Shown here in pieces: positions 50,915 to 61,084 of a stretch of 64,000 nt of DNA. The position numbers and the translations under genes are program-made. The stretch is from NCBI GenBank assembly GCA_965261085.1, contig OZ253442.1, positions 1,664,001 to 1,728,000 of the forward strand, read 5' to 3'. How positions within the stretch are numbered: the stretch's first letter is position 1; the number at the start of each line of letters is the position of its first letter. Source of the stretch: a bacterium. GTDB taxonomy: Bacteria > UBA8248. The notes below the pieces were generated by a model that had not been told where the DNA came from, searched no databases, and saw nothing but the letters and a program-made list of their open reading frames with translations.

Positions 50915-51124
50915 TTCTTGATCTCCTTTGCTGCCAGCGTTCGCTGAAAAGGGATATGGGATAAAAGAATCATATCGCGTAAGTCGTTTGGGTGGAAGAG
51001 CGCGCAGCGCCCGCCCCATAATTCTATTAAATACTAAACTAAATTACTCAAGAATAGCAAGCCTTCCACGAGAACCCCAAAATCGAGCCATTATCCCGGA
51101 AAATGCTCTTTATCGCCATGCGGG

Positions 51125-52003
51125 TTAATTCATCCCTGCGCTTTTTTCAAAAAACTCTAAAATGGCGTTTTGGTCCGCGTTCCCGTGCCCCAAAGCGGCC
51201 GCGCCCATATAGACCTGCCGCGCCATGGTTCCCAGCGGAATCGGCGTCGCGAGGCCATCGGCCATCGCCGCGATGATGCGTAAATCCTTGAGCATCAGGT
51301 TCACCGTGAACGTGGGCGTATAGTCCTTGGCGATCATGGGCGAGGCCTTGTATTCGAGAATCTTAGGGATGACGCTCGCCTTCAGGAACTCGACCATCTG
51401 CTCGGGGTCCAGACCCCCCTTCGTCCCCATCGTCAGCGCCTCGGCGATGGCGGAGATGTGGACCGCGAAGATGTGGTTCGTCACCAGCTTCATCTGGAGG
51501 CCCGCTCCGTTCGGGCCGAAATAATGGATCGAGGCGCTGAAGGCTTCTAAAACATCGCGGTGGGCTTCGAGTGCGGCCTCATCGCCCCCCACCATGATGG
51601 CGAGGGTTCCCGCTCTTGCGTGGGGCACGCTCCCGCTCACGGGGGTGTCCAGAAACCGGACCCCGCGCTTTTTCGCCTCCCCGGCGAGTTCCTGGCTGCC
51701 CTCGACCGTCAAGGTCGACAGGTCGAAACAGACCGTGCCTTCAGAAGCGGTGGTGAGCGCGCCGGTCTCGCCCAGATAGGCTTCTTTCGCGTGCTCGACT
51801 TCCGGCACCGAACTACAAATGACCTCCGCGCCCGAGGCGGCTTCCGCCGCCGTCTCTAAAACAGTAAGACCCGCTGCGGCCGCCCGCTCGCGCGTGGCTG
51901 GAACGGGGTCGAACCCGCGAACGTCGAAACCCGCCTTCACCAGATTTTTCGACATGCCCGAACCCATGTTGCCGAGACCCAGAAAAGCAACCACTTTCGC
52001 CAT
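51125..52003 (-). CDS. Beta-hydroxyacid (3-hydroxyisobutyrate-type) dehydrogenase family
   Basis: FLGLGNMG, DTPVSG, MKLVTN, KDL. Confidence 0.9.
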   Translation of the reverse strand: MAKVVAFLGLGNMGSGMSKNLVKAGFDVRGFDPVPATRERAAAAGLTVLETAAEAASGAEVICSSVPEVEHAKEAYLGETGALTTASEGTVCFDLSTLTVEGSQELAGEAKKRGVRFLDTPVSGSVPHARAGTLAIMVGGDEAALEAHRDVLEAFSASIHYFGPNGAGLQMKLVTNHIFAVHISAIAEALTMGTKGGLDPEQMVEFLKASVIPKILEYKASPMIAKDYTPTFTVNLMLKDLRIIAAMADGLATPIPLGTMARQVYMGAAALGHGNADQNAILEFFEKSAGMN

Positions 52004-52146
52004 TTTGCGTCACTCCTGAAATTTTATCACTTCGCTGATCAACGCCCATTCTGCGAATCGATGGGCTGTATTGAGACAAGGGCCATACCCCTGAAATTCG
52101 CAGAGGCTTTTCCCGGCGCAGGTGTCCGCTCCGCCTCCCATGAAAT

Positions 52147-53052
52147 CTATTTTCTCTTTATTCTCATTCCTGCGGCGTTCAGGAAAACCTCGAAAACCGA
52201 GTTGCCGTCCGCTTGTTCGAATCCGAGCGCGATGGCGGAGGTGTGCTGCTGGCGCGCGGCGGCTCCCAGGGGAACGGGTGCGCCCAGATCGTTCGCCTCC
52301 TCGATGCTGAGCCCCAGATCCTTGAAGCTTAGTCCCAAGTTCCCGATGACGTTGGAATAATCGCGCGCGGCCATCTCCGTGCCCTTGTAGAACATCAGGT
52401 TCGGGATCACGCTTCCCTGTAAAAACTTCATCATTTTGGGAGCCCTCATCCCCGCCTTCACCCCGAACGCCAGTCCCTCGGCCATGCCGGCGTGCTGGAT
52501 GTGCAGAATGTGGTTCGCCACCAGTTTCATGATCAAGCCGTTTCCGGATTTTCCCATATACGTGACGGACTTGCTGAACGCATCGAGCACGTCTCGGTGT
52601 TCCTTGAGCGCGGCCTCGTCTCCGCCCACGATGGTGGAGACTCCCTTGCGCTCTAAATGCGGAACGCTTCCGCTCACGGGCGCATCCAGAAAGGCGATTC
52701 CCTTCTTTTTGGCTTCTGCCGCGATCTGCTTCGCCAGACCGACGCTGCTCGTTGAAAGCTCGAAACAGACAGCACCGCGGCGCATCGCCTTGAGCGCGCC
52801 GCCTGCGCCTAGGTAGACATCCTGCACGATGGCGGTTTTGGGAAGCGAACTGCACACAACGTCCGCGCCCTTGACGGTCGCCGCAACGGTTTTCGCGGTT
52901 TTCGCGCCGTTTTTCTTGGCCGCCGAGACGGCTTTGGGAAAAGGGTCGTAGCCGGTGACGTCGAAGCCCGCATCTACCAGGTGTTTCGCCATCAAACTAC
53001 CCATGCGGCCCAGGCCCAGGAACCCGATCTTTTTCTTTGCCTTTCGCGCCAT
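52147..53052 (-). CDS. Beta-hydroxyacid dehydrogenase family (paralog 2)
   Basis: FLGLGRMG, DAPVSG, MKLVAN. Confidence 0.9.
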   Translation of the reverse strand: MARKAKKKIGFLGLGRMGSLMAKHLVDAGFDVTGYDPFPKAVSAAKKNGAKTAKTVAATVKGADVVCSSLPKTAIVQDVYLGAGGALKAMRRGAVCFELSTSSVGLAKQIAAEAKKKGIAFLDAPVSGSVPHLERKGVSTIVGGDEAALKEHRDVLDAFSKSVTYMGKSGNGLIMKLVANHILHIQHAGMAEGLAFGVKAGMRAPKMMKFLQGSVIPNLMFYKGTEMAARDYSNVIGNLGLSFKDLGLSIEEANDLGAPVPLGAAARQQHTSAIALGFEQADGNSVFEVFLNAAGMRIKRK

Positions 53053-53182
53053 CTCTTCAGACTCCTGAAATCAAATGCGCCATCGCCCGCCGTCCGTGCT
53101 TGCGAACCGGCATGGGGCGCCTCTAAAAATCAGGCGTGGCGTCTTTCCACGCGAGCACATATTTCCGTTTGCCCCTATAAAT

Positions 53183-54088
53183 TTATTTTCTCTTCGGCCT
53201 CGTGCCCATGGCGTTCAGGAACGACTCGAAAACCGCGTTGAAATCCGCATCTTCGAGTCCGAGCGCCATGGCGGAGGTGTATTGCTGGCGCGCGGCGGCG
53301 CCCAGGGGAACAGGTACGCCCAAATCATTCGCCTCGTTGATGCTGAGCCCCAAATCCTTGTAACTGATGCCCAGGTTGGCGATGACGTCGGAATAATCGC
53401 GCGCCGCCATGGTCGTACCTTTGTAGTGGATGAGGAGGGGAATCACGCTTCCTTGTAAGAATTTCATCATTTTGGGAGCCGTCAGTCCCGCCTTCATCCC
53501 GAACGCGAGGCCTTCGGCCATACCGGAATGCTGGATGTTCAGAATGTGGTTCGTCACCAGTTTCATGATCAGGCCGTTTCCGGATTTCCCCATGTAGGTG
53601 ATGGACTTGCTGAAGGGGTCGAGCACGTCGCGGTGTTCTTTGAGCGCGGCCTGGTCTCCACCGACGATGGTGGATACCTCCTTGCGCTCCAGATGCGGGA
53701 TGCTTCCGCTCACGGGAGCATCCAGAAAGGCGATTCCCTTTTTCTCGGCTTGCGCGGCGATCTCCTTTGCGAGGGCGACGCTGCTCGTCGAAAGCTCAAA
53801 ACAGACGACGCCCCGCCGCGCCGTCTCGAGCACGCCCTTGGGACCCAGGTAGACGTTCCTCACGACGGCGGGGGTGGGGAGCGAACTGCATACAACGTCG
53901 GCGCCCTTCACGGCCGCTGCTACGGTTCTCGCGGTTTTGGCGCCATTTTCCTTAGCAGTAGCGACGGCTTCTGGGGAGGGATCGTAACCCGTGACATGAA
54001 GACCGGCGTCGACCTGGTGCTTCGTCATCAATCCGCCCATGCGGCCTAAGCCGAGGAATGCGATTTTTTTCGTTGCGTTGCGCGCCAT
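53183..54088 (-). CDS. Beta-hydroxyacid dehydrogenase family (paralog 3, close to paralog 2)
   Basis: FLGLGRMG, DAPVSG, MKLVTN. Confidence 0.9.
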   Translation of the reverse strand: MARNATKKIAFLGLGRMGGLMTKHQVDAGLHVTGYDPSPEAVATAKENGAKTARTVAAAVKGADVVCSSLPTPAVVRNVYLGPKGVLETARRGVVCFELSTSSVALAKEIAAQAEKKGIAFLDAPVSGSIPHLERKEVSTIVGGDQAALKEHRDVLDPFSKSITYMGKSGNGLIMKLVTNHILNIQHSGMAEGLAFGMKAGLTAPKMMKFLQGSVIPLLIHYKGTTMAARDYSDVIANLGISYKDLGLSINEANDLGVPVPLGAAARQQYTSAMALGLEDADFNAVFESFLNAMGTRPKRK

Positions 54089-54097
54089 TTTTCTCTC

Positions 54098-54976
54098 CTA
54101 TCTATCGAGCCCGAGCAGTTTCAGGGGGTTTTCCACGAGTATTTTTTCACGAACGCTCTCATCCGGCGCCCAGTCGAACAGTTGATCCAGCAAATCACCA
54201 TCGTTGGGCATCGGTATCTTACAGACGGGATGCGGCCAGTCCGTACCCCAGATGACGCGCGCAGGCGCCGTTTCGATGAGGGCGCGAGCGATGGGGTCCA
54301 CGTCCGTGTAGGGTGTCTGAGGGAGGCTCGTGATGCGGTAGGCGCCTGTGATTTTCACCCACGTCTTGCCCTCTTTGAGCAAATCCATAAATTCCCGGAG
54401 CGGTCCCAACCCCTCGCTCGCCGGAACGTAGCCCATGTGGCCGAAAACACTGTGGACGGGCAGGGAGGAGAAGGTTTTTCTCAACTCGGGGAATTCATGC
54501 ACGTGAATGAGAAACTCCATGTGCCAGCCCATGCTCTCGATGCGATCGCCCATTGCCTGAACGTCTGAAAACGAAGCGAAGGGATTCCCGCCCTTGTCCG
54601 CGAGGTTGATGCGGATGCCGCGAACGCCCGCGTCGTGGAGGCTGGTAAGTTCTTCCTCGCTCACCTCCTTGTCCACGGAGGCTACGCCCATGAGTCTCCC
54701 ATCCGAGCGGGCCATGGCGTCGAGCATGGCGGTGTTGTCGACCCCGTAAACGCTGGGCTGGGTGAGGACGCCGCGCGCCACACCGAGCGTTCGGTGGAGG
54801 GATTCGTATGCCGCAAGCGTAGCGTCGGGAGGCGTGTAGCCCCGTCGGGGGGAATAGGTGTATTTGCTCTCGGGGCCGAAGATGTGCCCATGCGTGTCCC
54901 ACGAGTTAGGGGGGAGTTTGAAACGTGGCGCCCTGGGGCGGGGGTCTGGGGGCGGGCAGGGGAGCATATCCGGCAT
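54098..54976 (-). CDS. Amidohydrolase, 2-pyrone-4,6-dicarboxylate lactonase (LigI)-like
   Basis: DTHGHIFGP, QPSVYG.DN, GVRGIR, WGTDWPH. Confidence 0.85.
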   Translation of the reverse strand: MPDMLPCPPPDPRPRAPRFKLPPNSWDTHGHIFGPESKYTYSPRRGYTPPDATLAAYESLHRTLGVARGVLTQPSVYGVDNTAMLDAMARSDGRLMGVASVDKEVSEEELTSLHDAGVRGIRINLADKGGNPFASFSDVQAMGDRIESMGWHMEFLIHVHEFPELRKTFSSLPVHSVFGHMGYVPASEGLGPLREFMDLLKEGKTWVKITGAYRITSLPQTPYTDVDPIARALIETAPARVIWGTDWPHPVCKIPMPNDGDLLDQLFDWAPDESVREKILVENPLKLLGLDR

Positions 54977-54988
54977 ACGCGTTTCCCT

Positions 54989-55288
54989 CTAGTGGAGGTC
55001 GCCCTCGCGGCCATAGAGCTTGTGACGAGGTCGTCCTGCCAGAATCTCCGCTTTTCCCCAGTCCGTGACGGCGCGAAACGCGTCGCTCCTGATGAAGGTC
55101 ATGAAGTCTTCCTGCGCCTTCCACTCCGAGAGGATGGTATAGGAATTCGGTTTTTTTACCTGTTGATACAAAAGGCTCTGCACGTGTCCGGCCTGTCCTT
55201 CCAGGGTGTCGGTCACGGTCTCGAATTTCTCTTCGAATTCTTTCTCCTTGCCCGGCAGCACATCGTAATACATGCCTACGGTGATCAT
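54989..55288 (-). CDS. Antibiotic biosynthesis monooxygenase domain protein
   Basis: V.PGKE.EFE..F; Y.I.SEW....F..F..S.AF. Confidence 0.85.
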   Translation of the reverse strand: MITVGMYYDVLPGKEKEFEEKFETVTDTLEGQAGHVQSLLYQQVKKPNSYTILSEWKAQEDFMTFIRSDAFRAVTDWGKAEILAGRPRHKLYGREGDLH

Positions 55289-55316
55289 GTTCCGCTCCTT
55301 GCCTGATGCTGTTGAA

Positions 55317-56186
55317 TCATCCTAGATAGTCACGCTCCCACGTCTGAATTTCCGAGATGCCCAGGGCGTCGTTGTATTCCTGAAAAGTGGCCATCATCTC
55401 GCGCGCCGAGCGCGTTGAATTCTCCTCTTTGAGGATGTGCAGTACGTCGTTCACCGCTTTTAGGTATGTGCAGCGCACGATGCCTGGGTAGATGATGACG
55501 CCGAAGCCGAGTTCTCCGAGTTCATCCACACTGAGGGCTGCCTCGCGCCTCGATTCATCGAGCGTGGTGACGTGGGGTGGGGGGACCTCCGCGCCGATTT
55601 TCCTGAGTTCTTCCTCCGTGCCTTCCACCTCGATGAACGTGAGGTCGGCCCCCGCCTCTTTATAGGCGACGGCCCGGCGGATAGCCTCGTCCAGCCCATG
55701 GTCGGAGGCTGCGTCCGTACGGGCGAGGATGAGGAAGTCCTTGCTCTGGCGGGTGTCCAGGGCCGCCTTGAGCTTACCGAGTTGTTCTTCCAGCGAAATG
55801 ACCGGGACCGAGCCGGGCAGGAAACCGCACCTTTTGGGAGTCACCTGATCCTCGATCTGGATGCACGCTACGCCCGCCGATTCGAGTTCGCGGACGGTGC
55901 GAATCATGTTCACGGCGTTGCCGTAGCCGGTGTCGGCGTCCGCGATGAGGGGAATCGAAGTGGCCTGGACAATGTTCCGGGAAACGTCGGCCACCTCGCG
56001 CAGCGTCATGAAGCCCACGTCCGGCTTGCCGAGGAGCGCCGCCGAGGCGCCGTTGCCCGTCAGATAGTTCACCTCGAACCCCGCCTGCTCCACCATGCGC
56101 GCACTGAAGGCGTCGATGCAGGCGGGAGCAAGCACGGGTCGTTTCTCTTCCAATAGCGCCCGGAGGCGCGCTCCGCGATGATCCAT
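55317..56186 (-). CDS. Isocitrate lyase / PEP mutase family protein
   Basis: DADTGYG, IEDQVTPKRCG, ARTDA. Confidence 0.92.
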   Translation of the reverse strand: MDHRGARLRALLEEKRPVLAPACIDAFSARMVEQAGFEVNYLTGNGASAALLGKPDVGFMTLREVADVSRNIVQATSIPLIADADTGYGNAVNMIRTVRELESAGVACIQIEDQVTPKRCGFLPGSVPVISLEEQLGKLKAALDTRQSKDFLILARTDAASDHGLDEAIRRAVAYKEAGADLTFIEVEGTEEELRKIGAEVPPPHVTTLDESRREAALSVDELGELGFGVIIYPGIVRCTYLKAVNDVLHILKEENSTRSAREMMATFQEYNDALGISEIQTWERDYLG

Positions 56187-56328
56187 GGTTTTATCCCTCA
56201 AATAGATGGATAACAGGTTATTCGGAAGTTCTCCCACCACCGGCCTCGTGTCAAGCGAGCCTTGTATTCCGCGCGACCCGGGGTTAGGTTAGATATTACC
56301 TCCACGACAAGAACAGGGTCCACGTTCC

Positions 56329-57102
56329 ATGCCGAAGAAGCGCTCTCCTCGAGTCGAGTGTGAAGAGATGGCGGTGCTCGCCCACGCCGTCCAGCGTTCG
56401 CTGGCAGAGGGTTGCATCGGTCTTAATCACTTGTCCACGCCCCTGGGACGCGCCAATTATCTGCGCAAAGCGGGCATCGTGAAAAACCTGAAGCCGGATG
56501 GCGGCAGGTTGCTGGATTGGGGATGCGGCTATGGGCAAATGTCTTATTTGCTTAGAAACCGGGGTTTCGAGGTCGTTTCGTACACCATCGAGTCGAGGGA
56601 GCCCTCTCCTTCGAATTTTTTTCTCCGCGAACAGACCCTCGATGTCGTTTATGGTGAAGACCCTGTTTGGCTTCCATTCGAGGATGAATCTTTCGACGTC
56701 GTTTTGTCCTGCGGCGTTTTGGAGCATGTGGAAGACGAGAGCGGTTCGCTCACAGAAATTCGGCGCATCTTGCGCCCCGGAGGGTTGTTCGTCGTGTTGA
56801 TGCTTCCCAACGAATGGAGCTATGTGGAGTTCATGACGAGAAACGTCTTCAAGGCGAGTGATCACGACCGGCTCTATTCTATCAAAAAGATGTGTCGCCT
56901 CCTTTCCCGGTTCGGGTTTCAGGCAATCAGGACATGGCATTCGAATACTCTGCCGAAGAATTTAACCCCTTTGCCGGAAGCGTTGAGGCAATTGCTGGGA
57001 GCGCATCCACGGATATGGCTGGGTGCGGAGGTCTGGCTATCCAGGATTCCTCCCGTTTCCTGGTTTAGCGGGGTCGTCGAAGGCGTTTTTGTCCGTGTGT
57101 AG
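56329..57102 (+). CDS. Class I SAM-dependent methyltransferase
   Basis: LDWGCGYG, PFEDESFDVV...VLEHV, RILRPGG. Confidence 0.88.
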   Translation: MPKKRSPRVECEEMAVLAHAVQRSLAEGCIGLNHLSTPLGRANYLRKAGIVKNLKPDGGRLLDWGCGYGQMSYLLRNRGFEVVSYTIESREPSPSNFFLREQTLDVVYGEDPVWLPFEDESFDVVLSCGVLEHVEDESGSLTEIRRILRPGGLFVVLMLPNEWSYVEFMTRNVFKASDHDRLYSIKKMCRLLSRFGFQAIRTWHSNTLPKNLTPLPEALRQLLGAHPRIWLGAEVWLSRIPPVSWFSGVVEGVFVRV

Positions 57103-57350
57103 CGAAAATATATTGAGAGGTGGAATCGACCGGCGAGACGTGCAAGTATTCGTAGGTAGCGGTTTTAATCGCCTGAAATGTGCCGCAAGCGCCTTGCGCT
57201 TTTTCAGAGATACCGCTTTACTGGAAGCCCTGCACTCATAGGACCCACCAAATTTCTGGAATGAGAGCAATCGAAAATTTCAAGATTTCCGGATGATGGT
57301 AGTTCAGCACCGCTATGCCGCGAGGCATGCGCCTTCAGCATGGGTGGGTC

Positions 57351-58469
57351 ATGATGCGTGTTTTAGTTATTTCCCGCTTTTGCGCGTCTCCGATTTATCG
57401 GGCGAAGTTCGCCGCGCTCGCCCGGCGACCCGGGTTGGAAGTTTCTCTGCTCGTGCCTGCGAAGTGGAGAGAAGGCGCTCGGGTGCTCACCTGCCGAGAA
57501 GGTGAAGAGGACGGCTACCGGATTTTCACCGGTCCCTTGATTTTCAGCGGCAAGGTAGGCGGGCATGTTTACCGCCGGGGACTCTGGAAGGCGCTCAGAG
57601 GAGTGCGGCCGGACATCATTCATCTGGAGGAGGAGTCCTACGGCTTCGCCGCGGCCCAGGTGTTGCTTTATCTAGCACTGATGCGAGCGCGCCCGAAGCT
57701 CATGATCAACAACTCGGAGAATTTCGACATTGTTCTCCCCTGGCGCGCCCGCAGAGTCGAAAAAATCGTTTTTCGCCGGGCGGACGCGCTGTTGGTCTTT
57801 GCCCGTACCGCCCGGGAAAGGTTGTTGCGCCTCGGCGCGCCGCCGGAAAAAGTGAGAACGCTGCCCCAATTCGGCCTGGACCCGGAACTTTTTCGCCCCC
57901 CTGAACCGGGTGTGCGTGGCGATGTTTTTTGCGTCGGGTATGTTGGGCGACTCGTCCACTCGAAAGGGGTGGACATCCTCTTGAGAGCGCTTGCCGGCTT
58001 TTCGGGGGAGTGGATAGCGCAGATCGTGGGGGATGGGGATGAGCGGGAAACGCTCGAGCGTCTGGCGCGATCCCTCGGGATAGAAGATCGGGTCGAATTC
58101 TTAGGGTGGGTCGACCACTTCGACGTGCCCGGGTATTTGCACAGGTGGCATGTTTTGGCGCTGCCATCGAGAACAACCACGCGCTGGAGAGAGCAGTTCG
58201 GCCGGGTGTTGATTGAGGCGATGGGCTGCGGCGTGGTTCCCGTGGGAGCGGCCACGGGCGAAATCCCGTACGTCATCGGCGAGGAGGGGTTCGTATTTCC
58301 CGAAGATGACGTAGAGGCTTTCCGGAAAATTCTCCAGAAACTGAACAACGAACCCCATGAGCGCAAACGGATAACGGAGGTGGGCCGAAAAAGAGTGCTG
58401 GAAGAATTTACCTGGGATGTGCTGGCCGAAAAAGCCCATCGTCTCTATGAAGACATCTTGAATGTGTGA
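57351..58469 (+). CDS. Glycosyltransferase family 4
   Basis: VGRL...KG; EQFGRVLIEAM. Confidence 0.9.
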   Translation: MMRVLVISRFCASPIYRAKFAALARRPGLEVSLLVPAKWREGARVLTCREGEEDGYRIFTGPLIFSGKVGGHVYRRGLWKALRGVRPDIIHLEEESYGFAAAQVLLYLALMRARPKLMINNSENFDIVLPWRARRVEKIVFRRADALLVFARTARERLLRLGAPPEKVRTLPQFGLDPELFRPPEPGVRGDVFCVGYVGRLVHSKGVDILLRALAGFSGEWIAQIVGDGDERETLERLARSLGIEDRVEFLGWVDHFDVPGYLHRWHVLALPSRTTTRWREQFGRVLIEAMGCGVVPVGAATGEIPYVIGEEGFVFPEDDVEAFRKILQKLNNEPHERKRITEVGRKRVLEEFTWDVLAEKAHRLYEDILNV

Positions 58470-58639
58470 GGTGAGGGCGCATGGACGAAGTGTGGAGGGC
58501 GGCATCGCTCATGACCCGCTTGGGTTCCGGGGGCGTTATATATTTCCTGGGATTATGTGGGGCGGAATTTCCGCCGAGGGGCGAAGCGCGATATATTCTT
58601 TATTGCCTGTGAGATTGAAATTCTTTTCGAGAGTGCAAG

Positions 58640-59947
58640 ATGGATAGGTTGGAAAATGTAGGGATGCGCGAATCATCCCACGATGCGGCGACTTTTTTCG
58701 ATGAGGCTCGCTTGCGCCTGCCTCCCAAATCCGCCGCGCCCTCGATGAGAGAGGTGCTCAGGCCGGAGCGGGGCCACAGGATTTCCGTTTTCGAGCGCAG
58801 CTACCACTATAAGAGGTTTCCGGTGAGGTGGGCGTTTCGCGCGCTCGACCTGATGGGTGAGACCTTTGTTCGCAAGACGAGGGAGCGACCACCGGCCATT
58901 CGCCGCGTTCTTTTGATGCGCCCCGACCATATCGGCGACGTCGTCTGCACGCTGCCTGCCATCCATGCGCTTCGCGAGAACCTGCCGGATGCACAAATCG
59001 ACCTTCTCATTAGCTCATCGGCGCGCTCTTTATTCAGGGATCCGGGCGAAGAATTGGACGGGGTGGATTTCCTCGTCTTCAATGCATCCTGGCGCGACAG
59101 GCCGAATCGCAAGAAGTTCGCTTTCCTCTCCATGAGTCGTCTGAGGCGTTTGCTCAGATTGAGAGCCGAGGAAATCGGAGGGCCCTACGATCTGGCGGTG
59201 GATTTTGCCGGCGATTTTCAATCGATCATCGCGGCCAGGCTCGCGGGTGCGCGCTATCTGGTCGGGCGGGGAATCAGGGGATTCGGCTTCGGACTGGACG
59301 TAGAGGCCGAGGAGTTCCCGAAACGCCACCAGGTGGAATTTAATTTAGGTATGCTCGAATATGCGGGGCTGGGTCCGTTCGAGACGAAAAACCCCGCGCT
59401 GAAGCTCTCTAAAGCAGAACTGGCCGAGGGGCGCGCCTGTGTATCCGCCCTGGTGGAGGGCGACTCGGACTTTTTGATCGGAATTCACCCGGGTGCCGGA
59501 GGAGAAGAGAGAATATGGAGCCCGAAACTTTACGGGGAGTTGATCAGGCGGGTTGTCTCCACTCTTCCCGCTCGGGTCCTGCTGCTGGGCGGGCCGGATG
59601 ATCGGCAAGTCGTCGATGCGATACTCAAATCCATGAAGGGCGTTCGCGTCCGGGGCACTATTGTGGACATGTGCGAGAAAGTTCAGCATCTCCGCTCGCT
59701 CATGGGGGTGATGAAGGCCTGCCGATTGTTCATCGGCAACGACTCGGGCCCCACCCATATCGCCGCGGCGCTTGGCGTTCCCGTGATTTGCATCTTTCAG
59801 GGACCGGCTGAACCAAGCGTTTGGGGGCCGCGTGGCCCGAATGTTGTGGTGTTGCGAAAGCGTCTCGCTTCCGCAAGCGGTACTCATACGGACAAAGAGA
59901 ATCAGGAACTCGAGCGCTTCTACGAGGCGGTGAAGAGATGCGTATAG
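58640..59947 (+). CDS. Glycosyltransferase family 9 (LPS heptosyltransferase-like)
   Basis: DHIGDVV..LP, IHPGA, IGNDSGPTHIAAALG. Confidence 0.9.
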   Translation: MDRLENVGMRESSHDAATFFDEARLRLPPKSAAPSMREVLRPERGHRISVFERSYHYKRFPVRWAFRALDLMGETFVRKTRERPPAIRRVLLMRPDHIGDVVCTLPAIHALRENLPDAQIDLLISSSARSLFRDPGEELDGVDFLVFNASWRDRPNRKKFAFLSMSRLRRLLRLRAEEIGGPYDLAVDFAGDFQSIIAARLAGARYLVGRGIRGFGFGLDVEAEEFPKRHQVEFNLGMLEYAGLGPFETKNPALKLSKAELAEGRACVSALVEGDSDFLIGIHPGAGGEERIWSPKLYGELIRRVVSTLPARVLLLGGPDDRQVVDAILKSMKGVRVRGTIVDMCEKVQHLRSLMGVMKACRLFIGNDSGPTHIAAALGVPVICIFQGPAEPSVWGPRGPNVVVLRKRLASASGTHTDKENQELERFYEAVKRCV

Positions 59948-61068
59948 GGATTGACGCCCGGATGCTCTCGAAGGGCGGCATCGGCGCCTATTTGAAAACT
60001 TTGCTCGCCGGGCTCAGCAGGCGCGACGACGATGTCGAATACGTAGTGTTCCTGCAAGAAAAGGATATGGATGGTTGCGCAGGTCTGGGTAGTAATTTCA
60101 GGCGGCTGGTTTGCGCGGCGGCGCCCTATTCGCTCGCCGAGCAGGTGACGCTGCCCCGGCTCCTGGGGCGCGAGCGGCTGGATTTGATACACCATCCGCA
60201 TTATTTCGCTCCTTTTTTCGGCCATACGCCCATGGTGGCGACGATTCATGATTTGATCCATCAGTTGTTTCCGGCGCTTTGCCCTTCGCCGCTGCATTGG
60301 CGCGCCTCCAAATGGATGATCGCAAGAACGGCGCAGCGGGCGCGTCTGATTCTCACTGTTTCCGAACACACGAAGAGAGATATCGCGGAGCAAGTGGGTG
60401 TCCCGGATGAAAAGATACGCGTGACGCACAACGCCCTGCCGCCTGGCTGGGAGGATGGGCGTGCTTCCAGGCCCGAAGCCCTGGAAAAACTCGGGGATGC
60501 GCCTTATTTCCTGTATGTGGGAAACCACAAACGCCATAAGAACCTGCATCTGTTGCTCGACGCCTTTGCGGATTTACTGAAGGAAGCGAGCGGAGTTCGT
60601 CTCGTCATGACGGGTGAACGGGAGAGTCTCGAGGATGTTTTGCGCTTTTTGAGGCTGGACGAGGAGGTGGTGTTTCTGGGGCAGATGCCTCAGGAGGCGC
60701 TGCCGGGCATCTATCGATCCGCGCTGGCGCTGGTGTTTCCCTCCCATTACGAGGGGTTCGGCTACCCTCCTCTGGAGGCCATGGCATGCGGCACGCCGCC
60801 GATTGTATCGGACGCAGCATCCCTGCCCGAAGTGGTCGGCGACGCCGGTCTGATCGTCGCGCGGGGGGATAAGGGCGCCTTGCGAAACGCGATGCTGCGC
60901 TTTCTCACGGAGCCGGGCCTGAGAGACGCCCTCGCTGAAAAGTCGAAAGAGCGGGCGCGCTTTTTTCACTGGGAAAAACTCGCCGCCGAAACGCACCGCG
61001 CCTACAGCGACGCCCTTTCGTGTTCGCCCGGGAGGATCCCCGCCTCGCCATCCGTCTCCAGGCCGTGA
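59938..61068 (+). CDS. Glycosyltransferase family 4
   Basis: MRIGIDAR, TIHDL, HKN, FPSHYEGFG.PPLEAMACG. Confidence 0.92.
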   Translation: MRIGIDARMLSKGGIGAYLKTLLAGLSRRDDDVEYVVFLQEKDMDGCAGLGSNFRRLVCAAAPYSLAEQVTLPRLLGRERLDLIHHPHYFAPFFGHTPMVATIHDLIHQLFPALCPSPLHWRASKWMIARTAQRARLILTVSEHTKRDIAEQVGVPDEKIRVTHNALPPGWEDGRASRPEALEKLGDAPYFLYVGNHKRHKNLHLLLDAFADLLKEASGVRLVMTGERESLEDVLRFLRLDEEVVFLGQMPQEALPGIYRSALALVFPSHYEGFGYPPLEAMACGTPPIVSDAASLPEVVGDAGLIVARGDKGALRNAMLRFLTEPGLRDALAEKSKERARFFHWEKLAAETHRAYSDALSCSPGRIPASPSVSRP

Positions 61069-61084
61069 GACCTCAGGAGCAGAC

